NCBI GenBank assembly: GCA_964584495.1
Contig: CAZPAH010000002.1
Span: 17,775-81,774 of the forward strand
Source of the DNA: an uncultured bacterium
GTDB taxonomy: Bacteria; Krumholzibacteriota; Krumholzibacteriia; Krumholzibacteriales; Krumholzibacteriaceae
Reading direction: 5' to 3'
Length of the DNA: 64,000 bases
Shown: in pieces, positions 8,887-18,794 of the stretch
How positions within the stretch are numbered: the first letter of the stretch is position 1
Layout: every line of letters begins with the position of its first letter
The notes under the pieces: model-generated
The model's database searches: none
Told to the model about the DNA's origin: nothing
What the model saw: only the letters and a program-made list of their open reading frames with translations
Made by a program: the position numbers and the translations under genes

Positions 8887-10422
8887 ATGAATGAAGAGAA
8901 GTTCCAGGCCGGCGCGAAAAACCGTTCGGCGACCCTAAGAGCGCTTGACAGGATAGAGAGGATTGGAAACAGGCTTCCTCACCCCGCCACCCTCTTCGCA
9001 ATCTTCGCCGCAACGGTGGCGGTATTGTCGTATATCGTCCACCGCGCCGGGATCACGGCGGTTCATCCCGGTACCGGAAAGGTTATCGAGGCGGTAAACA
9101 TGCTGAATCCGGACGGGCTCCGTTTCATCTATTCCAGGACGACCGACAACTTCGTCCACTTTCCTCCCCTCGGAATAGTGCTGGTGGCGATGATAGGGAT
9201 AGGTGTGGCGGAGGGGTCCGGCCTGATATCCGCCCTCCTGAGACATCTCGTGACGGCGGCGCCGCGCCGACTCGTAACGGCGGCCGTCGTCACTGCAGGC
9301 ATCCTTTCCCATCTCGCCTCCAGCGTCGGCTACGTCGTTCTCATACCCTTGGGAGCGATGATATTCATGGCTTTCAAGCGCCACCCGATAGCGGGGATCG
9401 CCGCCGCGTTCTGCGGAGTCTCGGGAGGATTCGGGGCCAATTTCCTTATCGGATCGATAGACCCTATCCTTGCCGGGCTCACCGAATCGGCCGCGACGCT
9501 TATCGTTCCGGGGATCCATATCAATCCGGCCGTCAACTTCTACTTCATGGTCGCATCCGCCTGCCTCCTGGTGTTCCTGGGGACTTGGGTCACCGAGAAG
9601 ATCGTGGAACCGAGGCTGGGAACCTACGAGGGGAAGCACGAGGAATTCGAGTCTGTATCGCCGAAAGAGAAAAAGGGACTCGCCTGGGCCGGAATAACCT
9701 GCGCCGTCGTGATCGCCCTTCTTCTTCTGATGGTGATCCCCTCCAACGGCGTCCTCCGTGACCCGGAGACAGGCTCGATCCTGCGTTCTCCCTTCATGAG
9801 CGGCAGGATAAGCGCGATCATGATATTCTTTCTCCTCCCGGGAATCGCCTACGGTATAGCGGTCGGCACGATCCGCAGCGACAAGGATGTCGTAAAACAG
9901 ATGACCTCCTCGATGAAGGGACTCGCCGGTTATATAGTCCTGGTTTTCTTCGCCGGACAGTTCGTCTATTATTTCAAGCACAGCAACATCGGGGTGCTGC
10001 TCGCCATAAGGGGGGCCGATCTGCTGAAAACCCTGGGGTTCACCGGTATATGGCTTCTCATCTCTTACGTCATACTCTCGGCTTTCATCAACCTCTTCAT
10101 GGGTAGCGCATCGGCGAAATGGGCGATCATGGCCCCCGTCTTCGTTCCGATGTTCATGCTCCTCGGCTATCATCCGGGGATCACGCAGGCGGCCTTCAGG
10201 ATCGGCGACTCGATAACGAACATTATCACCCCTATGATGAGCTATTTCGCGTTGATAGTCGCATTCGCCCAGAAATACGACGAGCGCTACGGTATCGGCA
10301 CGATCACGGCGACGATGCTGCCGTACTCGATCATCTTCGGTTTCTTCTGGATAGCGCTTCTCGCCGTTTGGATGCTGCTCGGACTACCTACAGGGCCCGA
10401 TGCGCCTATTCATCTCCCGTAA
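8887..10422 (+). CDS. AbgT-family transporter (p-aminobenzoyl-glutamate/antimetabolite transporter family)
   Basis: 511-aa polytopic membrane protein. Length, N-terminal amphipathic start and hydrophobicity pattern match the AbgT/YdaH family. RBS GAAGGAGAG lies before the ATG. Confidence 0.7.
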   Translation: MNEEKFQAGAKNRSATLRALDRIERIGNRLPHPATLFAIFAATVAVLSYIVHRAGITAVHPGTGKVIEAVNMLNPDGLRFIYSRTTDNFVHFPPLGIVLVAMIGIGVAEGSGLISALLRHLVTAAPRRLVTAAVVTAGILSHLASSVGYVVLIPLGAMIFMAFKRHPIAGIAAAFCGVSGGFGANFLIGSIDPILAGLTESAATLIVPGIHINPAVNFYFMVASACLLVFLGTWVTEKIVEPRLGTYEGKHEEFESVSPKEKKGLAWAGITCAVVIALLLLMVIPSNGVLRDPETGSILRSPFMSGRISAIMIFFLLPGIAYGIAVGTIRSDKDVVKQMTSSMKGLAGYIVLVFFAGQFVYYFKHSNIGVLLAIRGADLLKTLGFTGIWLLISYVILSAFINLFMGSASAKWAIMAPVFVPMFMLLGYHPGITQAAFRIGDSITNIITPMMSYFALIVAFAQKYDERYGIGTITATMLPYSIIFGFFWIALLAVWMLLGLPTGPDAPIHLP

Positions 10423-10466
10423 AAGCCCGCGGGGGTCACCGGCTGCTATCAGTTAAAGATTCAGTG

Positions 10467-11345
10467 AGGGCGGTCGATAACTGTTGTGTGAAAGAAAAGC
10501 TGCATAAGTACAAGAAGATCGAGAGCGGATTTATCACCGACCTGAAAACTTTGTCGGCCGCCGAGAGGGCCGTCGGGTGCAAAAAGCACGGGAACTCAGT
10601 TTCCAGCAGGGTATTCGTTGAAACCAGCGCCGGCTGCCCACCGGGTTCCCATGTGCGATTCCATCTCGATCTTCCCGGCGGGGGACAATACACGCTGTCC
10701 GGAGTCATCGAATGGGGCAACGACGGCTCCCTCCCCGGAAAACCGGTCGGTTTGGGAATACACGTGCTCGAGATGGAAGAAGGCCGGGAAAAGGGCCCCG
10801 CCGACGGAGACGATCCGGCGGCCGGCCGGGAGGCACCGCCGGTTGCGGAGGAGCGAAGACACGGCAGAAGCAGTCTTCCGCCCTTGGAGGAGATCGCGGA
10901 GCTGCTGCACTCCCTTCTCGATATGAAGATCGCGGTCGAACCGGGTCAGCCGGTGCAGCTCGACCAGGAGAAGCCGACGGCGGTCGCCACGTTTGTTAAC
11001 GAAGCCGGAAGGGTCAAGACCGTCCTGCTTTGTGATCTTGAAGGCATCATATATCTGGGAGCCGGGATGGCGGTGATGCCGGCCGACCTCGCGCACGAAT
11101 TCATCTCTTCGAAGAATATCCCGGACAATATCGCGGAGATTTTCCAGGAAGTCATCAACGAATCGGCTAACCTCTTTAACAAGAGCGGAAAACTTCACCT
11201 CTCGCCTGGAGTCCTTAAGATCACACCCGACACCCTGCCCGACAAGGTCGAGAGATTGATATCCAAGCCGGGGTCTCGCCTCGATATTAAGATAGAGGTC
11301 CCAGGTTACGGGACGGGTATGATCTCCCTGATCGAGTCATCGTAG
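10467..11345 (+). CDS. hypothetical protein, possible PilZ-like N-domain plus CheX/CheC-like C-domain
   Basis: The supplied ORF (from 10119) overlaps abgT. The first plausible starts after the abgT stop are in-frame GTG codons at about 10467 or 10488. The region HVRFHLDLPGGGQYTLSGVIEWG...GLGIHVLEM resembles a PilZ beta-barrel, and the C-terminus (NIAEIFQEVINESANLFNKSG) resembles CheX-like phosphatase folds. Both calls are weak. Confidence 0.3.
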   Translation, partial: RAVDNCCVKEKLHKYKKIESGFITDLKTLSAAERAVGCKKHGNSVSSRVFVETSAGCPPGSHVRFHLDLPGGGQYTLSGVIEWGNDGSLPGKPVGLGIHVLEMEEGREKGPADGDDPAAGREAPPVAEERRHGRSSLPPLEEIAELLHSLLDMKIAVEPGQPVQLDQEKPTAVATFVNEAGRVKTVLLCDLEGIIYLGAGMAVMPADLAHEFISSKNIPDNIAEIFQEVINESANLFNKSGKLHLSPGVLKITPDTLPDKVERLISKPGSRLDIKIEVPGYGTGMISLIESS

Positions 11346-11488
11346 AGATCTCCCTGGATAAAGGCGGTGCCCGGCGGTATTCGGATCCGATCGATCCGCA
11401 CCGCGGTATAAAACAATATACTTTTATAGCGTCAGCCCGTAAACTTTCCAGGCGCGTTGCAGGTCTTATACGCGGGAAAAGGTTCGTT

Positions 11489-12559
11489 ATGCGGATAGCG
11501 TTTCTAGGTGACGGTTCTCTAAATCATGTCCGGAGGTGGGCCGGGTATTTCGACGAAAAGGGGCACGAGATACTGCTCGTCTCCTTCGAGGAGATGCCGG
11601 AATGCCCTTTCCCCACCGTTCGGCTGCCCAGGCGGTTGCCGACCAGGCTGGCAGGGTATCTCCTCTCCCTTCCAAAGCTTAAAAAAACAATATCCCGCTT
11701 TCGTCCCGATCTGCTCAACGCCCTTTACATCGCCGGCTACGGATTCATCGGCTCGCTGGCGGGGGTGAGACCGCTCGTTGTCTCGGCCCTCGGTTCCGAT
11801 CTGCTGGTGGATTACCCGTCGAACCCGATCCACCGCCGGCAGATAGGGTACGCGCTTAAAAGGGCCGATCTTGTCACTACCGACGCGGAGATCCTATCCA
11901 GGGCGGCGCTCTCCGCGGGGGCCGGCGAAGACAGGTTGCTCGAAGCCTTTTTCGGAATAGACGATTCCCTGTTTTTCCCCCCATCCGGTGGGGAGTTTTT
12001 TCCCGGCGCATCGCCCGCCAGGATAGTCAGCACCAGGAACCTCTACCCCGTTTACAACATAGATCTTCTTGTCGACGCGGCCCCCATTATTCTGGAAAAG
12101 ATCGACGCCAGGTTCGTCATCTGCGGCGACGGCCCCCTGAAGAAGAAGATCGAGGAAAAGGTCACCCGCATGGGACTCGCCCCGGTCTTCTGCTTTCCGG
12201 GAAAACAGAGTCCGGAAGGGATCGCTTCGATCCTCAGGGAGGGATCGGTCTACGTATCCGTTTCACGATCCGATTCGACCTCCGTTTCCCTTCTTGAGGC
12301 TATGGCCTGCGGAGTGCCTCCCGTGGTGACCGATATCCCCGCGAACAGGGAGTGGATAAAAGACGGGGAGAACGGGTTTCTGGTTCCCCCCGATTCCCCG
12401 CGGGCCCTGGCCGACGCCGTCGTGAAGACGGCGCTGGACCGGGAAACCTCCGGCGGTTTCTCACGGATAAATATCGAGCTTGTGAGGAAAAAGGGACTAT
12501 GGAAAGAGAACATGGAGCGGGTGGAGCGGGCGTTTCAGGATCTCGTCGACCGGCGGTGA
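11489..12559 (+). CDS. glycosyltransferase family 1 (GT4, retaining)
   Basis: GT-B fold. C-terminal domain has the E-x7-E-type motif region (EAMACGVPPVVTDIPANREWIKDGENGFLV) diagnostic of GT4/RfaG-like enzymes. Confidence 0.75.
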   Translation: MRIAFLGDGSLNHVRRWAGYFDEKGHEILLVSFEEMPECPFPTVRLPRRLPTRLAGYLLSLPKLKKTISRFRPDLLNALYIAGYGFIGSLAGVRPLVVSALGSDLLVDYPSNPIHRRQIGYALKRADLVTTDAEILSRAALSAGAGEDRLLEAFFGIDDSLFFPPSGGEFFPGASPARIVSTRNLYPVYNIDLLVDAAPIILEKIDARFVICGDGPLKKKIEEKVTRMGLAPVFCFPGKQSPEGIASILREGSVYVSVSRSDSTSVSLLEAMACGVPPVVTDIPANREWIKDGENGFLVPPDSPRALADAVVKTALDRETSGGFSRINIELVRKKGLWKENMERVERAFQDLVDRR

Positions 12560-12565
12560 TACAAG

Positions 12566-13996
12566 ATGAAAGTCCGGGCGGAACACAATCATTTGACGAT
12601 GCTGGCAAGATGGGTACTGCTGGCCCTGGTCATAGGGACCGCCGGCGCAGTGATAGTAGCGCTTTTCAACGGGCTGCTCGGGCTGACGATCGATAGATCC
12701 TCACTCATCTTGACGGGAGCGCCTTTCCTGCTGCCGATCACCGCGGCGCTGCTGGAAGGCGGCCTCATACTCCGGTACGTGCCGGGAGCGGGAGGGGAGG
12801 GAATACCCAGCTACATTCTCGCCATAAACCGCGCCCGGGGAAAGATGAGCTACCTCGAGGCCCTTCTCAAATTTCCGGCGACCATCCTGACGCTCGGAAT
12901 GGGAGGAAGCGGCGGAATAGTTGGCCCGTTGGCCCAGATGGGAGCGGGCGCGGGAAGCTTTATCGCCTACAAGATCTTCAGGCCGCTGCGTATTTACTCC
13001 GAAGATACCCCGCGCACCGCCGCTATCTGCGGGGTGAGCGGAGCGATAAGCGCTATATTTCATTCTCCGCTGGGCGGCGGGCTTTTCGCCGCCGAGGTGC
13101 TCAAGCGCGAATCGATGCGCTACAGGGACCTTTTCCCCGCGGTAATGACGGGCTGCATCTCCTATATCGTATCGGCGTTCGTTCTCGGGGAAGCGCCGGT
13201 CTTCTCCGTACAGGCCCCACCGGGACACCCCGGAGGAGCCGTGTACGCATGGATGCCTCTTGTGGCATTGCTGGCGGGTGGCACCGGTATGCTCTTCATC
13301 TTCGGGTTCGAAAGCGTGACCCGAATCCTGAGCAGGATCCCGGGCCGCCAGCCGGTACGAGCCCTGACGGCCGGCGGCGTGCTCGCCACCGTCTGGATAT
13401 TAGGCGGATCGGAAGTGCTCCGCACGTCGATGCCCCTCTTCGGCCGGATCACGGGGGGCAACCTTTCAGAGATTTCGGTCCCCGCGCTTCAGGGGCAGTC
13501 GTTCGCCTACATCCTTTTGCTCGTGATTCTTCTAAAGATCCTAACGACATCTTTCACCGTGGGAAGCGGGATGAGCGCCGGGTTCACCGGGCCGCTCCTA
13601 CTGCTTGGAGCGGGAGTGGGGGCCCTCTCTTCCATTCTGACCGGATCGGTCACCGGCAGCGTGGAGTACCACGCTTTCATGGCATGCGGCATATCGGGAA
13701 TAATGGGGGCCACGTTGAATATCCCCATCGCCGCTTCCGTTCTGGCCATCGGCATCTTCGGCCCCGAGTATACACTCCCGTCCTTCACCGGAGGGATCAT
13801 CGCCTTTCTCGTTTTCAGAAGCAGAACGATATATACCTACTTCAATGACGACCTCCCCGCCGTCCCGGATCGGGAGGCGGCGGCGCCCTCTGCCGGCGCC
13901 GGCAGAATAATAGAGAAGGAAGAACGGTCAGCGGGGGGAAACTCCGGACCGCCGCGGGACATCAAGGTAAACTCCGCTACCGAAGAGGACCGCTAG
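12566..13996 (+). CDS. ClC-family voltage-gated chloride channel/transporter homolog
   Basis: Polytopic membrane protein with ClC selectivity-filter-like motifs: GEGIPS (GSGIP), GGSGGIVGP (GK/REGP) and GGLFAAEV (GxFxP/E region). 7-nt gap after the GT4 gene suggests co-transcription. Confidence 0.65.
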   Translation: MKVRAEHNHLTMLARWVLLALVIGTAGAVIVALFNGLLGLTIDRSSLILTGAPFLLPITAALLEGGLILRYVPGAGGEGIPSYILAINRARGKMSYLEALLKFPATILTLGMGGSGGIVGPLAQMGAGAGSFIAYKIFRPLRIYSEDTPRTAAICGVSGAISAIFHSPLGGGLFAAEVLKRESMRYRDLFPAVMTGCISYIVSAFVLGEAPVFSVQAPPGHPGGAVYAWMPLVALLAGGTGMLFIFGFESVTRILSRIPGRQPVRALTAGGVLATVWILGGSEVLRTSMPLFGRITGGNLSEISVPALQGQSFAYILLLVILLKILTTSFTVGSGMSAGFTGPLLLLGAGVGALSSILTGSVTGSVEYHAFMACGISGIMGATLNIPIAASVLAIGIFGPEYTLPSFTGGIIAFLVFRSRTIYTYFNDDLPAVPDREAAAPSAGAGRIIEKEERSAGGNSGPPRDIKVNSATEEDR

Positions 13997-14216
13997 AGTG
14001 TAAACGGCCCCACAGGGCGTCTTACAGGGCGAAATTACTGGGTGTTATTCCCCTCCTCACAGCTTCCTGCCCTGTATCTAGGCCGAGATTCAACGCCGGT
14101 ATGGAAAGAACCGAACGGTCGGGCCGCCACGTAATCTTCTTTTTCCGAATCTGTTACGCCGACGCGCCCCGCTCCTCCAACAAACGGCTTCCCCGTAGGA
14201 GCCCCACCGCCCCGAT

Positions 14217-14909
14217 ATGGAATATATCTTGTACATATCGATACAGAATCCCTGCGTAGCCGACGGAAAGGCGATTATGCACCAGTTGACGATATTTACC
14301 AACCTGACCAAGATAGCCGCCCTTATCTATCTCCTCGCCATGGCGACAGGGGGATACAGGGGAAAGGGACCGAGAAGGATCCTGATCCCCCTTATCATCC
14401 CCGTTTCGATCGCCCTCAATTGGTTGTCCGGAGGCATCGGCGGGCTTCTATTCTCCCTTTCGGGAATCGCCGTCGCATCCCTCTGTCTCTTTCCCCTTTC
14501 GCTATGGAACAGGCTTCCCCGTTCAGGCTTCGTTGATGCATCGGCGGTGGGAACGATCTTCGGTCCGACCGGTTCGATAGCGGTTTTCGCGATAGCGTTG
14601 ATTCTACAGGTGGTCGAATGGCTGGTGGGCGGACGGTCCACATCGATAAGGGACCGGTTTGCCGGCTACGCTTTCAGCTTCGCATCGTCCTTTACCACCG
14701 ATGCCCAGTCCTCGCCTTTTACCGCGATAGAGGCAAAGAAGGTCATGATAGACGAATACCGAATCATCGACGAGATGGGAGGCGATTCTTTCCGCCGGGA
14801 ACACGAGTTCCTTGACGCGCCGCCCCAACTTAATAGTCTCACCCTTCCATGGCGGGCGAGACTGGCGCTCGCCACTCTATCAATCCTGATAAGCGGTCTT
14901 TTTATTTAG
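14217..14909 (+). CDS. hypothetical polytopic membrane protein
   Basis: 4-5 predicted TM helices. It loosely resembles A24 prepilin-peptidase-like membrane proteins, but the catalytic Asp pair is not evident, so no function is assigned. Start is uncertain (alternative Met at about 14277). Confidence 0.35.
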   Translation: MEYILYISIQNPCVADGKAIMHQLTIFTNLTKIAALIYLLAMATGGYRGKGPRRILIPLIIPVSIALNWLSGGIGGLLFSLSGIAVASLCLFPLSLWNRLPRSGFVDASAVGTIFGPTGSIAVFAIALILQVVEWLVGGRSTSIRDRFAGYAFSFASSFTTDAQSSPFTAIEAKKVMIDEYRIIDEMGGDSFRREHEFLDAPPQLNSLTLPWRARLALATLSILISGLFI

Positions 14910-14922
14910 CGGGAAGTAATCC

Positions 14923-15270
14923 ATGTCCGTGAGAAACCGAACCCGCAGAACCGTTCTCGGAAAAACCCTCCTTACCCTGAACCGGCATTTTCGCCGGACC
15001 CTGCGATACATCAACCGGACGGGTATCCCGGCCGGATGCGCCCTGTGGATCACTCCATGTCACGGCATATACACGGTTGGCAACAGCAAGCCGGTCGACA
15101 TAGCCTTTCTCAACGGAGAAGGGAGAGTCGTCAAAATGCTCCGGAATTTTCCGCCGGACTGCTATGCCGACTCCGTGCCGGCCGCGGTGAGCGCGCTGGA
15201 GCTGCCGGCCGACGTCCTCGCCGAGACGGGGACCCGCATAGGCGATGACCTCGAGTTCGATATCGAATAA
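14923..15270 (+). CDS. DUF192-family protein (COG1430-like)
   Basis: 115 aa. The pattern RRTLRYINRTGIPAGCALWITPCHGIYTVGNSKPVDIAFLNGEGRVVKM...ELPAD matches the conserved core of DUF192 proteins. Confidence 0.5.
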   Translation: MSVRNRTRRTVLGKTLLTLNRHFRRTLRYINRTGIPAGCALWITPCHGIYTVGNSKPVDIAFLNGEGRVVKMLRNFPPDCYADSVPAAVSALELPADVLAETGTRIGDDLEFDIE

Positions 15271-15280
15271 TGGTTTTTCC

Positions 15281-16471
15281 TTACATTCCACCCGCCGGCT
15301 CGGCCCAGTACCCGATCGACGCGTATCCGACCCAGTGCCTCAGTGTCGCTATATTGGTCGCTCCAAGCCCCACATCCTCCGGGCCTCGCATAACGGGTTC
15401 GATGCTTGTGCTGTAGCCGAGAAGGAACCCATCGGGCTCCGGTATACCTTCGAGCGAGCAGAGGTCGCATAGGAGGTCCAAGCCGAACGGTATCGAATAG
15501 ACTCCGCACCAGGTCACTTTGTACGGGTACTGCAGGTCGTCCCGCTCGACCATATCCCTGAACAGGGAGATCTTCACTCCATTCACCGGACCGGTCAGGG
15601 AAGAGTCGATTATTTCCCTGTCCTGCCGGACGGCCCTGGCGTAACCGGCGCTGTCGACTCCGAAGGGGGCATAGTTCGTTCCACCCCACCCCTCATCTCC
15701 ATAATGTACGCAATCGGCCGAGATGAGAACCGCCACGTCGGCGCCCAGCTCGAGGCCGCTCTCCTCCATTTCACGGAAAATTATATCCGCAAGTTCGCCC
15801 GCCGCATCGCCCATGAGGGCGCCGGGGAGGCGGGAAACCAGAATTGGCAGTATCTCCACCCCTTCGCCCTTACCGGAATCATCCGCGAAACCGGGATACT
15901 GGATGAAAGGGATGAAAGCCTCGAGCGAATGTTCCCGCTCATGCATCTCCTTACTGACGAGAACGATATCTTCGGGAAGGGAAGCGATGATTTTATCCCT
16001 GACCGCGGAGACCTTCGTCTCCCCGTACGGACCGGCCCATGCGTCGAAGCCGTCGAAGATAAGCTTGCCCTCTATCCCCTCGCGCCTCGCCCTGTGGCAG
16101 ACCCCGATCAGAATCAGGAGTTTCGCCCTGACCCGGCTCATTACCCTGAGATATTCAACACCCGCGTAGATATAGTCGTCGTGGGGACAGACGGCGCCGA
16201 TCATGGCGGTTCCGGGGAGATTCACCGCGGCACTCTCCCCCTCACTCGAAAGATAGGCCTTCGCGGCCCTTATAAGCGGTTCGAGCTGCCCCGGCTCCGT
16301 GGCATAACCTACCGAGTCGATCGGAACCCTCACCATGCTGTCCCCGGCCATCGCGGCGGAAGCGCAAATACAGGCGGCCAGCGAGAGCGCCGACACGCAG
16401 AGCATGCGGCGCCGCGCTGAAACCCTAGTCAAATCCATAATACACCTCCATATCTTTCCCTCAGGATACAA
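15281..16471 (-). CDS. MEMO1-family protein (AmmeMemoRadiSam system protein B-like), secreted/lipoprotein form
   Basis: AVCPHDDYIYAGVEY matches the MEMO/class-III extradiol dioxygenase-like signature (PHAGYxYSG). N-terminus has a signal peptide with a lipobox-like LAACIC. 396 aa is longer than canonical MEMO proteins (about 270 aa). Confidence 0.5.
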   Translation of the reverse strand: MYPEGKIWRCIMDLTRVSARRRMLCVSALSLAACICASAAMAGDSMVRVPIDSVGYATEPGQLEPLIRAAKAYLSSEGESAAVNLPGTAMIGAVCPHDDYIYAGVEYLRVMSRVRAKLLILIGVCHRARREGIEGKLIFDGFDAWAGPYGETKVSAVRDKIIASLPEDIVLVSKEMHEREHSLEAFIPFIQYPGFADDSGKGEGVEILPILVSRLPGALMGDAAGELADIIFREMEESGLELGADVAVLISADCVHYGDEGWGGTNYAPFGVDSAGYARAVRQDREIIDSSLTGPVNGVKISLFRDMVERDDLQYPYKVTWCGVYSIPFGLDLLCDLCSLEGIPEPDGFLLGYSTSIEPVMRGPEDVGLGATNIATLRHWVGYASIGYWAEPAGGM

Positions 16472-16759
16472 CAGTATTCGACGAACGTCCAGTATGGTCG
16501 AATTAGCTTGGAGGACGGGACGTGAAGGGCGATCCGGCGATGGAGGGGAACCGTTGACCTTCAGTTTTTTCTCCGGCCTCTTGCCGGTGAATATTTTAAT
16601 TATTTTCCTACGAAAGTGCTTAACTTTCTCATTCCAGGGAAATATATTCAGTTCTCGGGCCGCGGCAAACCGGCCCGAAAGTCACGGATTAAAAATCGAT
16701 TCGGCATCGAAGCAAGGCGGAGTTAACCGGCGGCATTCCCCGGCACTAGGGAAGGAACG

Positions 16760-17956
16760 ATGACGGAAAAGAGAAGAAAAAGGATCCTCACGGCGATTTC
16801 CCTCTACCATGCATGCAATGACGGATCGGTCGTCACCCTGCCGATGCTCTTCCCCCTTCTTTTCGATCAGGGCATCCTGATCAGAAATTATGACGACATC
16901 GGGAGGCTCAATCTTGTCGGCCTCGTAGTCGCCTTCAGCTTCCAGGCCGCCCTCGGACACTGGGCGAGAAGAAGGCATTCAGGATACTACCTGGCGGCCG
17001 ACGCCCTAATCACCGGGGTATCCCTTTTCCTGCTCACCCTATCGATCGACTACTGGATGCTGGTCGTCTTCTTCGTCGCCATGAGAATAGGAACCAGCAT
17101 ATATCACCCGGTAGGCATATCCTGGCTCTCCCACACGTTCGGAGGAATGAACCTCGACAAGCCGATGGGGGTGCAGTCGGCGTTCGGGGACCTCGGGGTC
17201 CTTATATCATTCTCGACAACGGGACTGCTCGCCCAGAAATTCGGATGGAAAATCCCGCTTTTTCTATGGGGATTCTTGAACTTCGCCGCGATGGTCGTCG
17301 GTCTCTTCATATCGAGGAGGACGACCAGCCGACAGGAAGCGATCGAGCAGAAGGAGGAGGAGAAGGAACCTGTATCCTGGATCAAAGCTTTTGGTTCCCT
17401 CGGAACGTTTGTCCCGATGATCGTTCTCGGAGGCCTCACCTGGGGCATCACCCTTAACTTCGCTCCCAGCCTCATGGACCACGGGCTGGGACTATCCCTG
17501 TCGGAAACCGGTGTCGTATTCGGCTTCTGGATCGCCGCGGGAGCACTGTCGTCACTGTTTTACGGAAAGATAACGGAGCTGTTCGGCAGGCTCAGGTCGC
17601 TTATCCTCGCTCTAACGATCATCGCCGGCACCACCTTTGTCATCGGATTCTCGCGGGATGTCTCGATATCGATCGCCGCCATGACACTTTACGGAGCGGC
17701 CCTCTTCATCATCTACCCGGCGATCCTCTCGTATCTGGGCGGCAGATCCAACCCGAGAAACCGGACCCCCACATTCGCCCTTTCGGCGAATATCATGATC
17801 GTCGCCAACTCGATATTCACCTACCTGTCGGGCCGCATTTCGGACCTGTACGGCATCCACACCCCGTTCATCCTGATCGGAATCATCACGTCCCTTGTCC
17901 TTCTCTATGTCCTCATGATAAGATCTTCCCTGAAATCATCTCTTTCGAAAGGATAA
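16760..17956 (+). CDS. MFS transporter
   Basis: 398 aa with 12 predicted TM helices in two 6-TM halves. Loop motifs of the major facilitator superfamily (GxLaDrxGrr-like region HWARRRHSG). Confidence 0.7.
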   Translation: MTEKRRKRILTAISLYHACNDGSVVTLPMLFPLLFDQGILIRNYDDIGRLNLVGLVVAFSFQAALGHWARRRHSGYYLAADALITGVSLFLLTLSIDYWMLVVFFVAMRIGTSIYHPVGISWLSHTFGGMNLDKPMGVQSAFGDLGVLISFSTTGLLAQKFGWKIPLFLWGFLNFAAMVVGLFISRRTTSRQEAIEQKEEEKEPVSWIKAFGSLGTFVPMIVLGGLTWGITLNFAPSLMDHGLGLSLSETGVVFGFWIAAGALSSLFYGKITELFGRLRSLILALTIIAGTTFVIGFSRDVSISIAAMTLYGAALFIIYPAILSYLGGRSNPRNRTPTFALSANIMIVANSIFTYLSGRISDLYGIHTPFILIGIITSLVLLYVLMIRSSLKSSLSKG

Positions 17957-17958
17957 TT

Positions 17959-18486
17959 ATGGGAACGATCCGCCGGTTGATTCTGGCTTCGACCGCCGCG
18001 GCGGTGCTGGCCTCGGCAGGATGCTCGGGCCCCTCTACCGGTAACGAGGAAAACGTGCTCAGGCGCTTTCCGATAACCGGCTCGTCCGATATCATCACGA
18101 AATCGGGAGTGAGCTTTGACAGAGAGGTAACCAGCGACGGTAACGGCTCCATAAGGATAGAGGCGACCGGGCCCAGGACGGTGCAGCTCTACCAGCTCGG
18201 CGCCCCCGCGACCCAAGACCGTCTTCTCACCTACAAGGCCTCACTGAAAACGGAGAATTTCGACGGCAAGGTCTACCTCGAGCTGAAGTACCGCGTACCT
18301 GGGAAAGGCGAATTTCAACGGAGGGGCCTTAAAGACTCGCTGTCGGGAAATGCCGGCTGGAAAACCGTCACGGCCTCGATCCGTCCGGAAAAGGATTCCA
18401 CGCCGGATATCATATGGCTGAACGTAGTCGCCCACGGCACCGGCACCGCCTGGATCGACGACATAAGGCTTGTCGAAAGCCGCTGA
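17959..18486 (+). CDS. hypothetical lipoprotein
   Basis: Signal peptide with lipobox LASAGC. Soluble beta-rich remainder with no recognisable motif. Starts 3 nt after the MFS gene. Confidence 0.5.
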   Translation: MGTIRRLILASTAAAVLASAGCSGPSTGNEENVLRRFPITGSSDIITKSGVSFDREVTSDGNGSIRIEATGPRTVQLYQLGAPATQDRLLTYKASLKTENFDGKVYLELKYRVPGKGEFQRRGLKDSLSGNAGWKTVTASIRPEKDSTPDIIWLNVVAHGTGTAWIDDIRLVESR

Positions 18487-18574
18487 ACCGGGGCCAGCTG
18501 AAACAAAGACCGGGCCATATCCGTATCGAAATTGTAGCCGGCCACGGGCCGGTTCAGGATGAAAGGGGATAACG

Positions 18575-18775
18575 ATGGTTTCTTTTCTGCTGTGGTGCCT
18601 TCTGCTGGTCGTCTGCTGGCCGCTGGCCCTGATCGTACTGCTGCTCTTCCCTCTCCTGTGGCTGATAGCGCTGCCTTTCAGGATAGCGGGAGCGATTATC
18701 GCGGGCCTATTCGGAATTATCTGGGGCCTGATAACACTCCCGTTCAGAATTATATGCGGGCGCTGCATATTCTAG
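18575..18775 (+). CDS. small hydrophobic membrane protein (66 aa)
   Basis: RBS AAAGGGGA 6 nt before the ATG. Two predicted TM helices with an internal repeat (ALPFRIAGAII / TLPFRIICG). A competing 73-aa ORF in another frame is not hydrophobic. Confidence 0.35.
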   Translation: MVSFLLWCLLLVVCWPLALIVLLLFPLLWLIALPFRIAGAIIAGLFGIIWGLITLPFRIICGRCIF

Positions 18776-18794
18776 GCTGAACGCCCGCCTTCCC

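Noticed and set aside
8935-10173. 412-aa ORF on the minus strand
   Set aside because: It is entirely antisense to the AbgT transporter gene. The product is Arg/Gly/Asp/Pro-rich, low-complexity and has no motif. Long stop-free antisense frames of this kind are a typical artefact of high-GC coding DNA.
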